A stretch of 63,162 bases of DNA, filler included, from Trichomonas gallinae (Eukaryota): the NCBI GenBank assembly GCA_008369845.1. It is 9 parts of 9 records of this genome, joined end to end, with 100 filler letters (N's around TTAATTAATTAA, not from the genome) between each part and the next. Parts side by side here need not be neighbours in the genome. Positions count along the whole stretch, not along the records: positions 1 to 3,022 come from MRSU01001588.1; positions 3,123 to 5,226 come from MRSU01001592.1; positions 5,327 to 20,088 come from MRSU01001594.1; 6 more parts are not named here. One strand, 5' to 3'. The notes below the pieces were generated by a model, which was not told the origin of the DNA, did no database searches, and saw only the letters and a program-made list of their open reading frames with translations. How positions within the stretch are numbered: position 1 is the first letter of the stretch; each line of letters opens with the position of its first letter. Of this stretch, positions 1 through 11,502 are shown piece by piece. A program made the translations under genes and the position numbers.

Positions 1-1919
1 GGAAGCATGAAGTATCTCTCGATGACTGAATCCTTGGCGAGCTTCCTGTAATTTTCGTCTTTAATGTGGTTGATTTCGCGATAATCGGAGAGGTGATGGC
101 AGTGTTCTCTGAAGAAAGGCTGCGTCCAAGCTGCAACTGAGAACCATCTACTGAGCAAATTCTCGTCTGGTGAATTGAAGAAACCGCCAATATCAGAACC
201 AGTGTAAACCATGCCGCCTAAACCGAATGACATCACCAGAGGCAGAGAATTTCTCATGTGGTCCCAGTCAGCCTTGTTGTCGCCACTCCAGACAAATACG
301 TATTTCTGCGAACCGGCGAAGAAGGATCTGGACAAGATGAATGGTCTCATTGGCTTAGCTGTTCTCTTTCTCAATCCTCCCCATGTTGCTGCAACCATCG
401 TCAAGCCATTAATATTGTGAACTTCGCGATCTTCGTAGTTTCCGTAATGAACGACATCGCGTGGGCAGGTGTTGTCTGCTGAGTCGAAAACAGAGATTTC
501 GTTCATATCATTCCAGATATAATCATTTGGTGCTGAATCTTTGTAATGTGAGAATGCGAATAAAGTCTCCCACCATGCTCTTGCTGTTGGATTCATGAAG
601 TCGACCCAAACAGATTGACCTGGCCAGCAGTTGGCTCGATATTCTCCTCCATCGCGTGTTTTCAGAAGATATCCTTTGTTCCTCGCAGTATTATAGAGCT
701 GGTAACCGGAATCTGCCTTCATATGTGGGTCAACTAGTGTGACAACATATCTTGCAAATTTTGCGAATTGCGAGAACATCTTCTTTGGATCTGGGAAGTT
801 GTTTGTGTTGAAAGTGAAATACTTTCTGTCGTTGATATGGTCCAAATCGAGCCACAAAACATCATGAGGAACCCCAATTTCGTCCAAATTGGCTGAAACA
901 TCAACCAACTCTTGCTGTGTCATGTATCCCCATCTGCACTGGTGGTATCCTAACGCGAACAAAGGTGTAAGCATTGGTTTTCCTGTAAGTGACGTGTAGC
1001 CTTCGGAAATCTCATCTGCTTCACCTGTGAAGATGTATACATCGATTAAACCACTCTCTGAGATGAATCTTACATCAGAATACGAATTATCTTCGGCGTG
1101 ATTTATATCAACCCACGTTTCTGATGGATTGCACCAGAAAATGCCGAGATTCCTGTCGAGTGAGTGCATGAAGAGCAATGGAACGGCGCCATACATAGCC
1201 ATACCATTATTCAATTCGAATTCGTTGATGTCTGTGTTGTAGAATCTTATTGGATCACCAGATTTTGTGTTTGGAAGATTAATTGGATATGTGTGGGCTG
1301 GGAGGCCGGATAACCTTGTCTGTTCGCCTTTTAATCTGAAAGACATCGCAACTGACGTTGGGCCGTTCTTAAAGACATCGTTGAAACCATTGAAGTTGTT
1401 CTCGTTGAATAATTCTGGATGCTGGTCTTTATTCCTCTTTGTTTCGAAAATTGCAGAATTATCTGGATTAAAAACTACTGCTTCGCCTTTTCCGTCTTCC
1501 AGTGAGATGTAGAATGGGTTAAAGCTAACGGTAATGTTGGATGTTGGAGATCTGATAATTGAATAATTAAATTCGTTTTGGACTTCAATGTCAGCAAGAT
1601 CTGTGGCGTGCATCTTGTCAATAATTAAAGGTTCCAATTCACAATCATATCTGTTGAATGGTTCTTTTTCAAATGGTGAAACTTTGATGTGAGCTGTTTT
1701 ATTCTTCAACATATTGATCTTAAGCAACAGCTTTGTGCTGTATACAGTGTCATTGATGATGGCTGTATATGTGTTTGCCCTGAGACTTGCTGAATCAGGA
1801 TCTACTGCCCAGAGTTGATCCGTTGTAGATCTGTGTCTCGTGCAGAAGTTCGACTGCTCGCATGTCCTGTATTTGTCCCTTCTCACGGACCGAGAAATAG
1901 CAAACAAGTGGAAAAACAT
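1..1919 (-). CDS. GANAB: Glucosidase II alpha subunit (GH31), 3' end runs off the window; absent from the ORF track
   Basis: Manual translation from ATG 1919 gives MFFHLFAISRSVRRDKYRTCEQSNFCTRHR. In the same frame: GYHQCRWGY, WLDLDH, CWPGQSVWVDFMNP, nucleophile motif WNDMNE (498-515) and acid/base motif WSGD. Confidence 0.93.
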   Translation of the reverse strand, partial: MFFHLFAISRSVRRDKYRTCEQSNFCTRHRSTTDQLWAVDPDSASLRANTYTAIINDTVYSTKLLLKINMLKNKTAHIKVSPFEKEPFNRYDCELEPLIIDKMHATDLADIEVQNEFNYSIIRSPTSNITVSFNPFYISLEDGKGEAVVFNPDNSAIFETKRNKDQHPELFNENNFNGFNDVFKNGPTSVAMSFRLKGEQTRLSGLPAHTYPINLPNTKSGDPIRFYNTDINEFELNNGMAMYGAVPLLFMHSLDRNLGIFWCNPSETWVDINHAEDNSYSDVRFISESGLIDVYIFTGEADEISEGYTSLTGKPMLTPLFALGYHQCRWGYMTQQELVDVSANLDEIGVPHDVLWLDLDHINDRKYFTFNTNNFPDPKKMFSQFAKFARYVVTLVDPHMKADSGYQLYNTARNKGYLLKTRDGGEYRANCWPGQSVWVDFMNPTARAWWETLFAFSHYKDSAPNDYIWNDMNEISVFDSADNTCPRDVVHYGNYEDREVHNINGLTMVAATWGGLRKRTAKPMRPFILSRSFFAGSQKYVFVWSGDNKADWDHMRNSLPLVMSFGLGGMVYTGSDIGGFFNSPDENLLSRWFSVAAWTQPFFREHCHHLSDYREINHIKDENYRKLAKDSVIERYFML

Positions 1920-2945
1920 TTATTTTTTGATTATCGAAAACGTGACAAAACATTAAGGTTAATTGGTTTACAAAAAAATTGAGAATCAATTCAAAATATT
2001 TCTTTCAAAAAATAAAAAAAAATTGAGAGTGAGTTTCCTTTCAAATTAATTTCGACGTTTAAATATTAACTATTACATTATATAGAGTATTTTCACAGCA
2101 AAAAATAATAAAAATGGTTGTCTGGTCGTAACGTGCCAGTATTTTCCACTTCTACCATTTCTATTGCACTAATTATATATTTTTAAAGGTGGAAAATTTC
2201 AACAATTGGCCGCGTCAAATAATTATTTTTTATTTTTTTCTTCGTCAGAAATCATATATGAGTTTTCGCGATAATGTCAGTGTTATTCGGTATAGTTATC
2301 TTAATCTAAGGCTATATATGAAACATTTTGTAAGATAAAAAACAAATATTATATCATTGCATTAAATGATGCAGCATTTTAATAAATTTCACTATTATCA
2401 TTCAAAAACAATATTTACTATTCAATCATTCAAATTTCATCTATCCATTATTGATTTAGAAAATCAAGAAATTGATAAAAACATAACCATTCAAATGCAA
2501 TATCATCATTTTATGTATTATGGTGAATATTATTTGAATCAATGAATGATGCTCTTTATTTTTGTATTTCCTAAATTGATATTAATGCTAATCAGCAAAG
2601 ATCATTTCTATTTAGAATACAGATTGTATATTCAACATCAAAACCATGGATTAAGCAGATATCTCCATTAATGTGCAAATTTGAGAAATTCATAACAAAT
2701 ATGATGCATTGTGTAGATGAGTATTTCAAGAATATAGAAGTTCAATATAAAAGAAATATTTAAATCAATGATATGAAGTTTTCAAAATTATTAAAATGAT
2801 AAATTGAAAAGGATGAAAATTGATATCATCTATCATCAGCGCCATATAATGTATATTCCTTATTATTTGGATTAAATTAGTGAAAAAAAAAATGATTATT
2901 TTTGTAAGTATATAATATATTGTTTAGTCATGCAATGTTTTATAT

Positions 2946-3022
2946 TTAGTTGAGTGTGATTGTCCAGTCGTCACGAATAAGAAGGTTTGGCTTCCTGATT
3001 GTCAAGACACCATCTTCGTATT
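2946..3022 (-). CDS. 3' end of a second glucosidase II alpha-like (GH31) gene, truncated by gap
   Basis: Translates YEDGVLTIRKPNLLIRDDWTITLN*, resembling the glucosidase II alpha C-terminus (L-x-x-RKP...DW-x-I-x-L). Confidence 0.75.
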
Positions 3023-3122
3023 NNNNNNNNNNNNNNNNNNNNNNNNNNNNNNNNNNNNNNNNNNNNTTAATTAATTAANNNNNNNNNNNNNNNNNNNNNN
3101 NNNNNNNNNNNNNNNNNNNNNN
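3023..3122. other. Artificial contig spacer (44 N + TTAATTAATTAA + 44 N)
   Basis: Identical 100-nt six-frame-stop linkers also lie at 5227-5326, 20089-20188, 24370-24469, 39928-40027, 49659-49758, 54112-54211 and 61033-61132. Confidence 0.97.
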
Positions 3123-4467
3123 CAACCTTTCCTCTTTGATAAGCGTAATCAGACGAATAAACTGACAACAGCTTTGGATTTTCTGGTGCCCTGAGATAGA
3201 ACGGGAGAGCAACTGGTTCTGATGGAACTCCTTTTGCATCTACTGCCCAGATATAGATTGTGTAATTTCGTCTTGTTTTAATTAAATTAGATAATTCAAT
3301 TTCAAATGAAAACTTTTTTATAGCACCGTAAACTGCATCCTGTATTGGTCCATTATCAATTCGATAAAATATATCGTCAAATTGATCATCATCGTCAATT
3401 GTACCTGATATAAGTATAGTTTCTTCTCGGTAGTATTTAGGTTTAAGCTTCGATGTTATAGTAAGCTTAGCGATTTGGGTAGTCAAAACATTATAGTATA
3501 TTTGGTTTGACGAAGTTGAAGATGAATCTCTGGCAAAGCAAGAAACTGATACTCCAAATTGGTCTATCGTGTAGTCCGGAATTGTAAGAATACCATATCT
3601 TTGCTGTGGTGTTGTAACTGTTGTATTGGTATATTGCTTTTCATTTGCTGACGCTAATGATGTTAAACGGCAAATAATGGAAATTTGATCAGACTCATCG
3701 AAGTCTACTGCTTTGAATTTGAATGTAATTTTGTCATTTGCTTTATATCCGCCAAGGCTGATATTAGAAACGTCGAACAAACGAGGGGCTGTATTAGTTT
3801 TTACGCCTGCAATGAGTGTAAATTCTAAGGTGAGACCATTATCATACTTTACTTCCTGGTTAAGCCACGAAAATGCGATGACAGATTTTGATGATGTTCG
3901 CATATTTGCATTATTATCGAAGAATGGGTAGAACCTTGGATCTTTAGATGATACACCGCCATTATCCTGGATGTAAACAGTGTCAACGTTAGGACGTTCG
4001 CCATAATTGCGAAGTAAGAGTGTATAATTATAAGAATCCTTCGATGAAATGATGTAGCCTCTATTGTATTCTGCTGTTCCATCAATTGGTTTAATCGGCC
4101 CATTATCATTATCATTGAAATTAGGGACAAAGAAAACGCCCAGATCGACTGTCCTTGGGAAGTAACTATCTGTTCCTAAAATGAATTGAAAGTTAATTCT
4201 ATTTTGAGTATATGCATAATCTGAAAGATAAGAAAGATAAAGATCTCCGAATTCCGCACTTGATTGATTCAACAACATAACAGGGCCTACTGTTCCATTA
4301 TCGTAGTGGTATCTATAAGCGACAAAGAAACCTTGACCATTTTTCGTAAGATTAAAAATTTTACCATGATCATTGACAATCGAGGCTTCGAACAATGATT
4401 TCCCCTTAAGAACTTGAGCTGCATTAAACTTCATCGAGAGAGCATTTGTAAAAAACAACGGAAGCAT
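3123..4467 (-). CDS. Secreted/surface protein with Ig/cadherin-like repeats (Bap-like family), 3'-truncated
   Basis: Short signal-like start MLPLFFTNALS (ATG 4467). Beta-rich repeats (NTAPRL...AVDFDESD; ISGTIDDDDQ...IYIWAVDAKG). Frame is open into the gap. Confidence 0.7.
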
Positions 4468-5139
4468 TTTTTGATTTTTTGAATTTTCTGACACTTATAG
4501 GAACATGTTTACTACATTGATGAATGCTTCTAATTATGTATTCATCAATAATATTAACAATTCAATTATTTGAAATATGACAAATTATTTTAATATTCTG
4601 ACAGTTATTTTAACATTATTTTAATAGATTAGATGCTGTTATTTAATAAGATTTTCTCAACATTAAAACTTTTAATGAGAAATGAATATTATGATATAAT
4701 AAGTATTATTTTATTGTCTTGTTTTCACAAAAAAATTGAAAGAATTATTTTACATGACAGAAATCTTATGAAAAGAAAGTATTACGTATACTGTATCTTT
4801 TTTCTTAAAGATTTATCGTTTTCGTTTAAAGAAAAATTGAATTAGTTTTCTGAAGTTGTAAAAATATTTTTTTTTATGTGAAAGCAGATGGTTATTGGGT
4901 TATGCAAAAGATCTCCTATCCAAATCTATCATTTTTGCAAGAATTTATCCATCTGTAAACAGTATTTAAAAAAATGTCATTTTTTTGTAAAAGTTTGATA
5001 CCTATCAAGATTATGTTTATCAAATGAAATTATTGCTGATGATAAGTGTTCTAGAATTATAGAATGTAGAAGACATTTGCAGAATGAATTTTAAAATTAA
5101 AATGAAGATTAACCCGGAAATAAATTCAAATTTACTCGG

Positions 5140-5226
5140 TTAAATGCCCAAATCTGGGTCATCTTCGTCGTTGTTGAACTTGAAGACGTCAACCGTTGTC
5201 TCTTCGTGGTAGTCATTGGCAAAGAC
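5140..5226 (-). CDS. 3' end of a gene truncated by gap; acidic tail, probably of a surface protein
   Basis: Translates VFANDYHEETTVDVFKFNNDEDDPDLGI*, with coding-like GC content and codon usage. Confidence 0.6.
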   Translation of the reverse strand, partial: VFANDYHEETTVDVFKFNNDEDDPDLGI

Positions 5227-5326
5227 NNNNNNNNNNNNNNNNNNNNNNNNNNNNNNNNNNNNNNNNNNNNTTAATTAATTAANNNNNNNNNNNNNNNNNN
5301 NNNNNNNNNNNNNNNNNNNNNNNNNN

Positions 5327-5458
5327 CAGGAAGCTTCTGAAGCTTACCTCGTCGGCCTCTTCGAAGATACAAACCTTTGCGCTATCCATGCTAACCGTGT
5401 TACAATTATGGAACGTGATGTCCAGCTCGCTCAGCGTATCCGTGGCGAACGTAACTAA
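5327..5458 (+). CDS. H3: Histone H3, 3' fragment after gap
   Basis: Translates [43 protein letters not shown]. Confidence 0.97.
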   Translation, partial: QEASEAYLVGLFEDTNLCAIHANRVTIMERDVQLAQRIRGERN

Positions 5459-5847
5459 AATTATTGCTTGATTATTTTCTTTAACTTAATACTTTATTAT
5501 TTTAATATTTAGCTAATTGTAAATTTAATATAACATTAAAATATTCAAAAATCATGTAAATATCATCATATCTCATCAAATAGAGTCTATAGAATCAATG
5601 TTTTTGATTGGAAAATTTTGGATTTAGAAAAATAGAAATAGTGAAATTGTACATTTTTTATTTCATTTTTGGAATTTTATAAAAATCTTGAATATATTTG
5701 ATGAATCTAATTAATGTAATAGATTATAAAATAGACCTATTTCAAGAATATATAAAAATTATTGAATAATTCGTTGTAGTTCTTGATATAGAAACAATAT
5801 TTTGGTAATTTTCAATACATATCGGTTTAAAACAAACAAAATATAAT

Positions 5848-7491
5848 TTAACTATTCATAATAGCGTTATATAATTCATCTTCGTCCATGTTCTCCGAGT
5901 TTGTCGACATATCGAATCCAAATGGACTCTTATTCTTCTTTCCAGTGTCAATATTAGAAGTTCTGGAGCGGTTAGGAGACTTTGCCTTTGGATTAGATTT
6001 GATTGGAGAAGTTGATCCTTTTGGATCTCCAAAATCAAACGAGCTTCCGAATAAATCATCAGTAGATATTTGCTCATGCGAGCTCTGATCGAAGCCAAAT
6101 GCGGATTTAGTCTTGTTTCTTCTCGCTGTCGTTGGTCTATTTGCATTAAAATCGTCATCATTGAGGAGATCGTCGATTGAGTCACCAAATAAGTCATCCT
6201 TCTGCTTGGACTTGTTTGGCTTCGTAGAAATCGGCTGTGTTTCGAATTTCTTCTTCTTTGGAGATTTTTTGTCGGATTCGAATGTTAGATAAGCGTCATC
6301 AAGTAAATCATCGAATGAATCCTGTTGGTTCTGTTGTATGGCTGGTTTACGACGAGTTCTTGGACTATCTGGAATTTTCTCTTTGTTTTCGGGTTTCTTC
6401 TTGTTTTTACCTCTATCTCTATTGAGATCTTCGAAGAATTTGTTGAAATCATTCGCTGATTCAGTAGATGTTGTAGATCCAAAGTCGATTTCGAAAGATG
6501 TCTTTTGTTTCGGTTTGGCAAGCTCTGTTTTAGCCAGCTTATCCTGTTCTTGCGGTTTCCTTGTTCTTGGCTTCTTCTCTTCTGGCTTTTTATCCTCCTG
6601 AATTGGTTTTTGTTCTTTCTTTGTTTCTTCGACTGGTTTATTCTCTTCTTCTTTAGGCTTAGGCTGTTTTTTGTCTTTAGTTTCTGTAGGCTTAGGTTCT
6701 TCTTTCTTTTCTTCAGGGTTGGGCTTGTTTTCATCTTTCTTTTCTGGAGATTTTTGTATTTCTTGTGGTTTTTGTTGTTGCGAGTCTTGTTTCGGTTCTT
6801 CTGGCTGAGACTGTTGAGGCTTTGGCTGCTGTGCTTGTTTGACGTCTTTGTTTTGTGGTTTTTCCGGTTGTTTTTCTTCAGATTTATCTTGTGGAACATC
6901 TAATGGATTTTCTTCATTAGAAACATTCTCAATATCGTTTTCATCGTAGCCTGATATGCTGATGAAGTTTGTAAAGCTTGAAGAAAACTTTCTTCCGATG
7001 AAATTTAGTAAAATTTCGAGATAATACAATAAAACGATCACATCATGAACAAAAAGCGTTCTGTTGTGGTAGAAATCGTGCTTTTCTGCATTTGTTTTGT
7101 ATTCGAGATTAAAAGAATTTATTAACGAAGAATTCGAAAAAGAGCTGATGTATGTTTGCATATAGAGCTGAAATTCTAGCTCTTTCTGATATGAAGTATA
7201 TAACAACGAGATAAGAACAAGAAATCCAGTTATGAGAAGGCACAAAAAGTAGTATGATACCAAACTTTTAGCACCTTCTTTCTTTATATTGACACATTCA
7301 ATGATTGCGATAAGTATTGTAATCAAAGTAATGATAATTAGGATAATTGAAATGATTATTCCCGTTGGACCGCAAATTTGGAACCAAAACTTATCAGCAA
7401 ATAGGTAAAGCATGTAGCAACAAAATGCCAATAATGGAAATGGAGCAATTGCCATTGTAATTGAGTTAATCAATTGCGAACCTTTTCCCAT
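5848..7491 (-). CDS. Four-TM membrane protein with long K/E/Q/P-rich disordered C-terminal tail
   Basis: 547-aa ORF. Three N-terminal hydrophobic helices, a loop and a fourth helix (tetraspanin-like topology, no CCG), then a charged tail with DDLF/DDLL motifs. Confidence 0.8.
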   Translation of the reverse strand: MGKGSQLINSITMAIAPFPLLAFCCYMLYLFADKFWFQICGPTGIIISIILIIITLITILIAIIECVNIKKEGAKSLVSYYFLCLLITGFLVLISLLYTSYQKELEFQLYMQTYISSFSNSSLINSFNLEYKTNAEKHDFYHNRTLFVHDVIVLLYYLEILLNFIGRKFSSSFTNFISISGYDENDIENVSNEENPLDVPQDKSEEKQPEKPQNKDVKQAQQPKPQQSQPEEPKQDSQQQKPQEIQKSPEKKDENKPNPEEKKEEPKPTETKDKKQPKPKEEENKPVEETKKEQKPIQEDKKPEEKKPRTRKPQEQDKLAKTELAKPKQKTSFEIDFGSTTSTESANDFNKFFEDLNRDRGKNKKKPENKEKIPDSPRTRRKPAIQQNQQDSFDDLLDDAYLTFESDKKSPKKKKFETQPISTKPNKSKQKDDLFGDSIDDLLNDDDFNANRPTTARRNKTKSAFGFDQSSHEQISTDDLFGSSFDFGDPKGSTSPIKSNPKAKSPNRSRTSNIDTGKKNKSPFGFDMSTNSENMDEDELYNAIMNS

Positions 7492-7512
7492 TTTTATTTT
7501 AAACGTGCAAAA

Positions 7513-7626
7513 TTTTATTTACAAAACAAAATTTATTTTACATGACATAATTTATTTACAAAACTAAAACAATTTTACATGACATAATTTGTTTTACAAA
7601 GCAAAAACAGATTTACATGACATATT
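7513..7626. repeat. About 3 degenerate ~38-bp tandem repeats, each with TTTACATGACAT, upstream of the 7491 start
   Basis: Unit approximates TTTATTTACAAAACxAAAxxxTTTTACATGACATAA, three copies. Confidence 0.75.
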
Positions 7627-8139
7627 TTAAATTAATGATGATGGTTTCTTCATCTTCATAATATTATTCTTCAATACATTGAACAAAGTAACAAAATCAC
7701 CAAATTACACGATATAATCATGGAAACAAGCTACAGATTTGATTGTTTAAGTTATTTTCTAACAAAATATTGCTCAAAAAATGCATTACAATCACTTTTA
7801 CATATGGAGTTCAAATAAAATCTTTATTCAACCAAAAAATTTATCAATCAATTGCTTTTCTAAGCAAATCATTTGATTAGGCATTATCTAACTAAATTAC
7901 CAACATTATACTACATATCCTGTATTACAGCTTTAAATAATGATATATTTATATGAAAATTTGGATCTGTGAAGAACAAGTATTAGAGTTATAATATGTT
8001 TACATCAATGATGGATATTGTATTATATTGAGCGATGTTTTTTTTGCTATTTCATATAATATCGACAAAAAGCGGATTAATAAAGATTTAAGATGAAATT
8101 ATAATAAACATATTTATATAAAATATACAGAACAAATAA

Positions 8140-8991
8140 CTATTGGCTAAAAGAAGGTTCAGCCATTTTCTTCTTTAATGCTTTCATGTATTCTATCTTC
8201 CATCTAAGCTTGCCGAGTTCTTCGCACTTCTTAGTTAATTCAGCATGAAGCTCTTCTTTTTTATCGACAATTCCCATTTGAATATCTGATTTATCAAATT
8301 GAAGAGCTTCAAGTCTAGAATTCATATCAACAAGCTTCTTCTCGAGGTTTGCACTATAAATTTTAATACTGCGAAGCTGTGTTTGAATTTCCGCAATTTT
8401 GTAAACGTCATTTTCTAATCTGTCAAAGGCTTTCTTTAGCTTAGGATTATCGGACATAATTGCATCTGTTACTTTAGGAATTAAAACATCGTGGAATCTT
8501 TTTAATCTTTCACCTGAAAGAACAATGTTAATTTCCTGATCATGAAGACAATCTTCTGCCCTTCTCTTTGCTGTCATGCCAGCAACTTGAATTTGGCGAA
8601 CAAGCGTTGCGATTTGATTTGATGTCGGTGGCTCTTGTGAAGTATCGATTTTTGATATTTGAATCTTGCGGTTTTCGATCTGTTGCTGGAAAAGATTAAC
8701 TTGTACTTGATGATCTTTCTTTGTTTGTTCCATGTATTTTTTATGTCTGTCAATCATTGATTGTAGGAATGAAATATCCTGCTCCAAGTTGCCAACAGCT
8801 TTCTGTAATTTCGCTGATTTCTGTTGTAACGTTCTCATACCTTCAACATTTGAAACAAATTCATTTTCTTGTGTTTTCGCCATAATTTTTTTCTCAGGGC
8901 GCGGTACAAATGGTTGTGGTGAGAATCTGCCAATAGAAGAAATCGTGTTTAATGAAATTTGATCAGGAGTTCTCGAAGGAGAAACACTCAT
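8140..8991 (-). CDS. Coiled-coil hypothetical protein
   Basis: 283-aa ORF with heptad-rich, Q/K/E/L composition. Confidence 0.8.
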   Translation of the reverse strand: MSVSPSRTPDQISLNTISSIGRFSPQPFVPRPEKKIMAKTQENEFVSNVEGMRTLQQKSAKLQKAVGNLEQDISFLQSMIDRHKKYMEQTKKDHQVQVNLFQQQIENRKIQISKIDTSQEPPTSNQIATLVRQIQVAGMTAKRRAEDCLHDQEINIVLSGERLKRFHDVLIPKVTDAIMSDNPKLKKAFDRLENDVYKIAEIQTQLRSIKIYSANLEKKLVDMNSRLEALQFDKSDIQMGIVDKKEELHAELTKKCEELGKLRWKIEYMKALKKKMAEPSFSQ

Positions 8992-9369
8992 ATATATTTT
9001 AACGTGTGGAAAAATGTCATGTAAAACATAATTATGTCATGTAAAAATTTACAAAATACAAAATGTCAAAATTATTTGATCTTTTAAAACAGACGCATAA
9101 TGTCCAAAAGTTCTCAAATAATTGTTTCATTGACAAAATTAGGAGAAATCAATTATATTTTTTTGAGAATTTGATTTTCCTTAAACAGACGCGGAATACC
9201 ATATAATTCTTCTAGCATTGAAATATTATTCAAATAAAATCTAATTTTTTTGAGATTTATTTTTTGATATTTCCATTTTTTGAGATTTCGACGAAATAAT
9301 TTGATAGATTTGGATAGTTTTTGCTATATAATCTATATTTTAAAGAGAGCAAATAAATAAATATCATTT

Positions 9370-11502
9370 ATGGAGGAAGAAGTTTTCGTTGATTTTTCGC
9401 ATATTTTAAGACCGATTCTTCAACAGCTTCTCCCAGAAGAATTGGATGAGCAAGCAGATGTAGGTGGTGTCAGTCAATCTGCTGCTGTTAAGACGATTCT
9501 TAAAGATTTTGAATCGATTAATTCAGATAATGTTTTAAATATTGTAGATTCGTCAGCAAAACAATTATTTGAGAAAGAGCAATCAACATTACTCGGAGAA
9601 AACATCTCAACTTTAGTTTCAAATTGGCCTCCAACTATATCAACGAAAAATCCGAAAATTAACTCGCTTATTATATTTATTATACGTTTACTTAAGAAAT
9701 CTTCGAATCCAAATCTTATATTACGCTGGATAAGTTCGTTATTAATTCCAAAATTTTCTTCTGAGCAATCTTCCGTCTTTTCATCAACAATAAAATGCAT
9801 ATCACTCGCTAAATATGAAGATAAAGAATGTTGGGCGATCTACGAATCAAACGAAAACTTTTCTTTAATCGAATCTTTGCCCGATCTTAAATTTAATCGT
9901 TTAAAACACGCAAAATTGCTTGATATAACTACAACAGAAACTCACGTCACAGTTAAAATCGAACCAGACGAAAATATATCTTTCGAGCCTTTTACTACTA
10001 AACATATCAAATTATGGTCCGTTGCAAAAGAAAAACCCGTTAAATTTGTCGATTTCCTTACAAATCAAACTCAGATTTATCCAAAGAAATTAACATTAGC
10101 GATGTTTAATGCATTAACATCATTTGATTCATATTTAGTTCGAGCCATTCTTATGTCAGCAGACAATGAAACATACTCTCAGCTTGCAAGTTACATGTTT
10201 CGAATAAATTTATATCACGGAAGGCCGCAATTGTTTATACAGACCATTGTTTCGATGGAAATCGATAATGCAAAGAGATCTGACAGTCTTTTTACTTTAA
10301 ACTCACCAAATACTTTATTTTTACAGAATTTATGCCAGAATTATCTTCGCTATTACTTCGATAACTTTATTTCTAAGATATTATTATATATTGACAAGTC
10401 AGGAGAGCTTTATCTCAATAAACCGGAAAAATTCAAAAAAGAAGTCGTTCAAATCAAGTATTTCAGCGTCATAAAATATCTACTCGCGTCACTAGAAGGA
10501 ATTCCAGATGAAGTAAAAATGATTGCACACATAATTAAGATGTATACAGCAATTAAATATAATAACGCAAATATTATCCTAAGAGCTATTGCATCTTTCT
10601 TCATAAACTGCATTTTGAAGCCAACATTTCTATATCCAACGGCTTTTGATCCCGGAATGAATATAAAACACGAAAGAAATATGAAACATTTTGTTACATT
10701 GTTAGAAGTTGCATTTCAACTGCAGTTAATGGAATACCACAACATATCGTTCATGTTCCTTGATGAATACTTGAAATATCATTATCAGATTCATATAGAA
10801 ATTTTTCTTTACGAATTATCTTCAATTGATCACATTCCCTACTTCCCACAGACCACAAAAACAGTTGTTACAATAGGTATTAATCAGATTCTTAACTATA
10901 TCACTAATAATACCGAAAAAATTTCACAAGATTTAGACACTTTAACGAATTCCAATAAAATGACAATGACTCCAATACACTGGAACCTCTGCGCCATGGT
11001 TATCCACTCTTTTCCGTGGAATTCGGACACAGCGAGACTCCAATTGAAGCAAGAATATTTGCACAATGAGCATGTATCTCTTCCGCAGCCTATTTCCCTC
11101 CCTCTTTCGTCTAACTTCGCTCCATCCTATGAAACATACAGTCTCGACGAATATAAATCAGAGAACAGGAAAGATCTTCCTCCAGCTCCTCCACTTCCGC
11201 CGATGCTGTTCAGAGAACCAGTCGATGAAGGAAATGGTTATACTGAAGAAGGAACTCCGAATACATTAGATCCTGGACCAGCGACACCTTTCAAGGCTAA
11301 AGTGAGCAGCTCGAAGAAGAGGCCGAAGCTGAAAACACCGCTCAGGAATGCAGGAGAAAATGATTTCATCGCAATTGCAGGTGAAGTGAAGAAATCTAAG
11401 AAAATGGCGACTGTTGATAACCAGGATTGTAGCGATATCGTTCCAGTGAGGAAGATTAGATCCAAGAAAAAGAGAACAACAGTCAAAACTGTTGACAAAT
11501 AA
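9370..11502 (+). CDS. Divergent RasGAP-domain protein (probably catalytically inactive)
   Basis: EIDNAKRSDSLFTLNS aligns to the RasGAP FRxNS region, and ASFFINCILKPTFLYP to FLRFFCPAILSP. Pro-rich and basic C-terminus. Inr TCATT lies just upstream of the ATG. Confidence 0.7.
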   Translation: MEEEVFVDFSHILRPILQQLLPEELDEQADVGGVSQSAAVKTILKDFESINSDNVLNIVDSSAKQLFEKEQSTLLGENISTLVSNWPPTISTKNPKINSLIIFIIRLLKKSSNPNLILRWISSLLIPKFSSEQSSVFSSTIKCISLAKYEDKECWAIYESNENFSLIESLPDLKFNRLKHAKLLDITTTETHVTVKIEPDENISFEPFTTKHIKLWSVAKEKPVKFVDFLTNQTQIYPKKLTLAMFNALTSFDSYLVRAILMSADNETYSQLASYMFRINLYHGRPQLFIQTIVSMEIDNAKRSDSLFTLNSPNTLFLQNLCQNYLRYYFDNFISKILLYIDKSGELYLNKPEKFKKEVVQIKYFSVIKYLLASLEGIPDEVKMIAHIIKMYTAIKYNNANIILRAIASFFINCILKPTFLYPTAFDPGMNIKHERNMKHFVTLLEVAFQLQLMEYHNISFMFLDEYLKYHYQIHIEIFLYELSSIDHIPYFPQTTKTVVTIGINQILNYITNNTEKISQDLDTLTNSNKMTMTPIHWNLCAMVIHSFPWNSDTARLQLKQEYLHNEHVSLPQPISLPLSSNFAPSYETYSLDEYKSENRKDLPPAPPLPPMLFREPVDEGNGYTEEGTPNTLDPGPATPFKAKVSSSKKRPKLKTPLRNAGENDFIAIAGEVKKSKKMATVDNQDCSDIVPVRKIRSKKKRTTVKTVDK

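Noticed and set aside
2112..2197. Short complementary segments (AAATGGT/ACCATTT, ATTTTCCAC/GTGGAAAAT) upstream of the glucosidase
   Set aside because: Stems are short and AT-rich with no recognisable ncRNA boxes.
5327..5458. Unusual H3 residues (HANR, MERDVQ) as a novel histone variant
   Set aside because: Matches what I recall as the ordinary trichomonad H3 C-terminus; lineage divergence rather than a variant.
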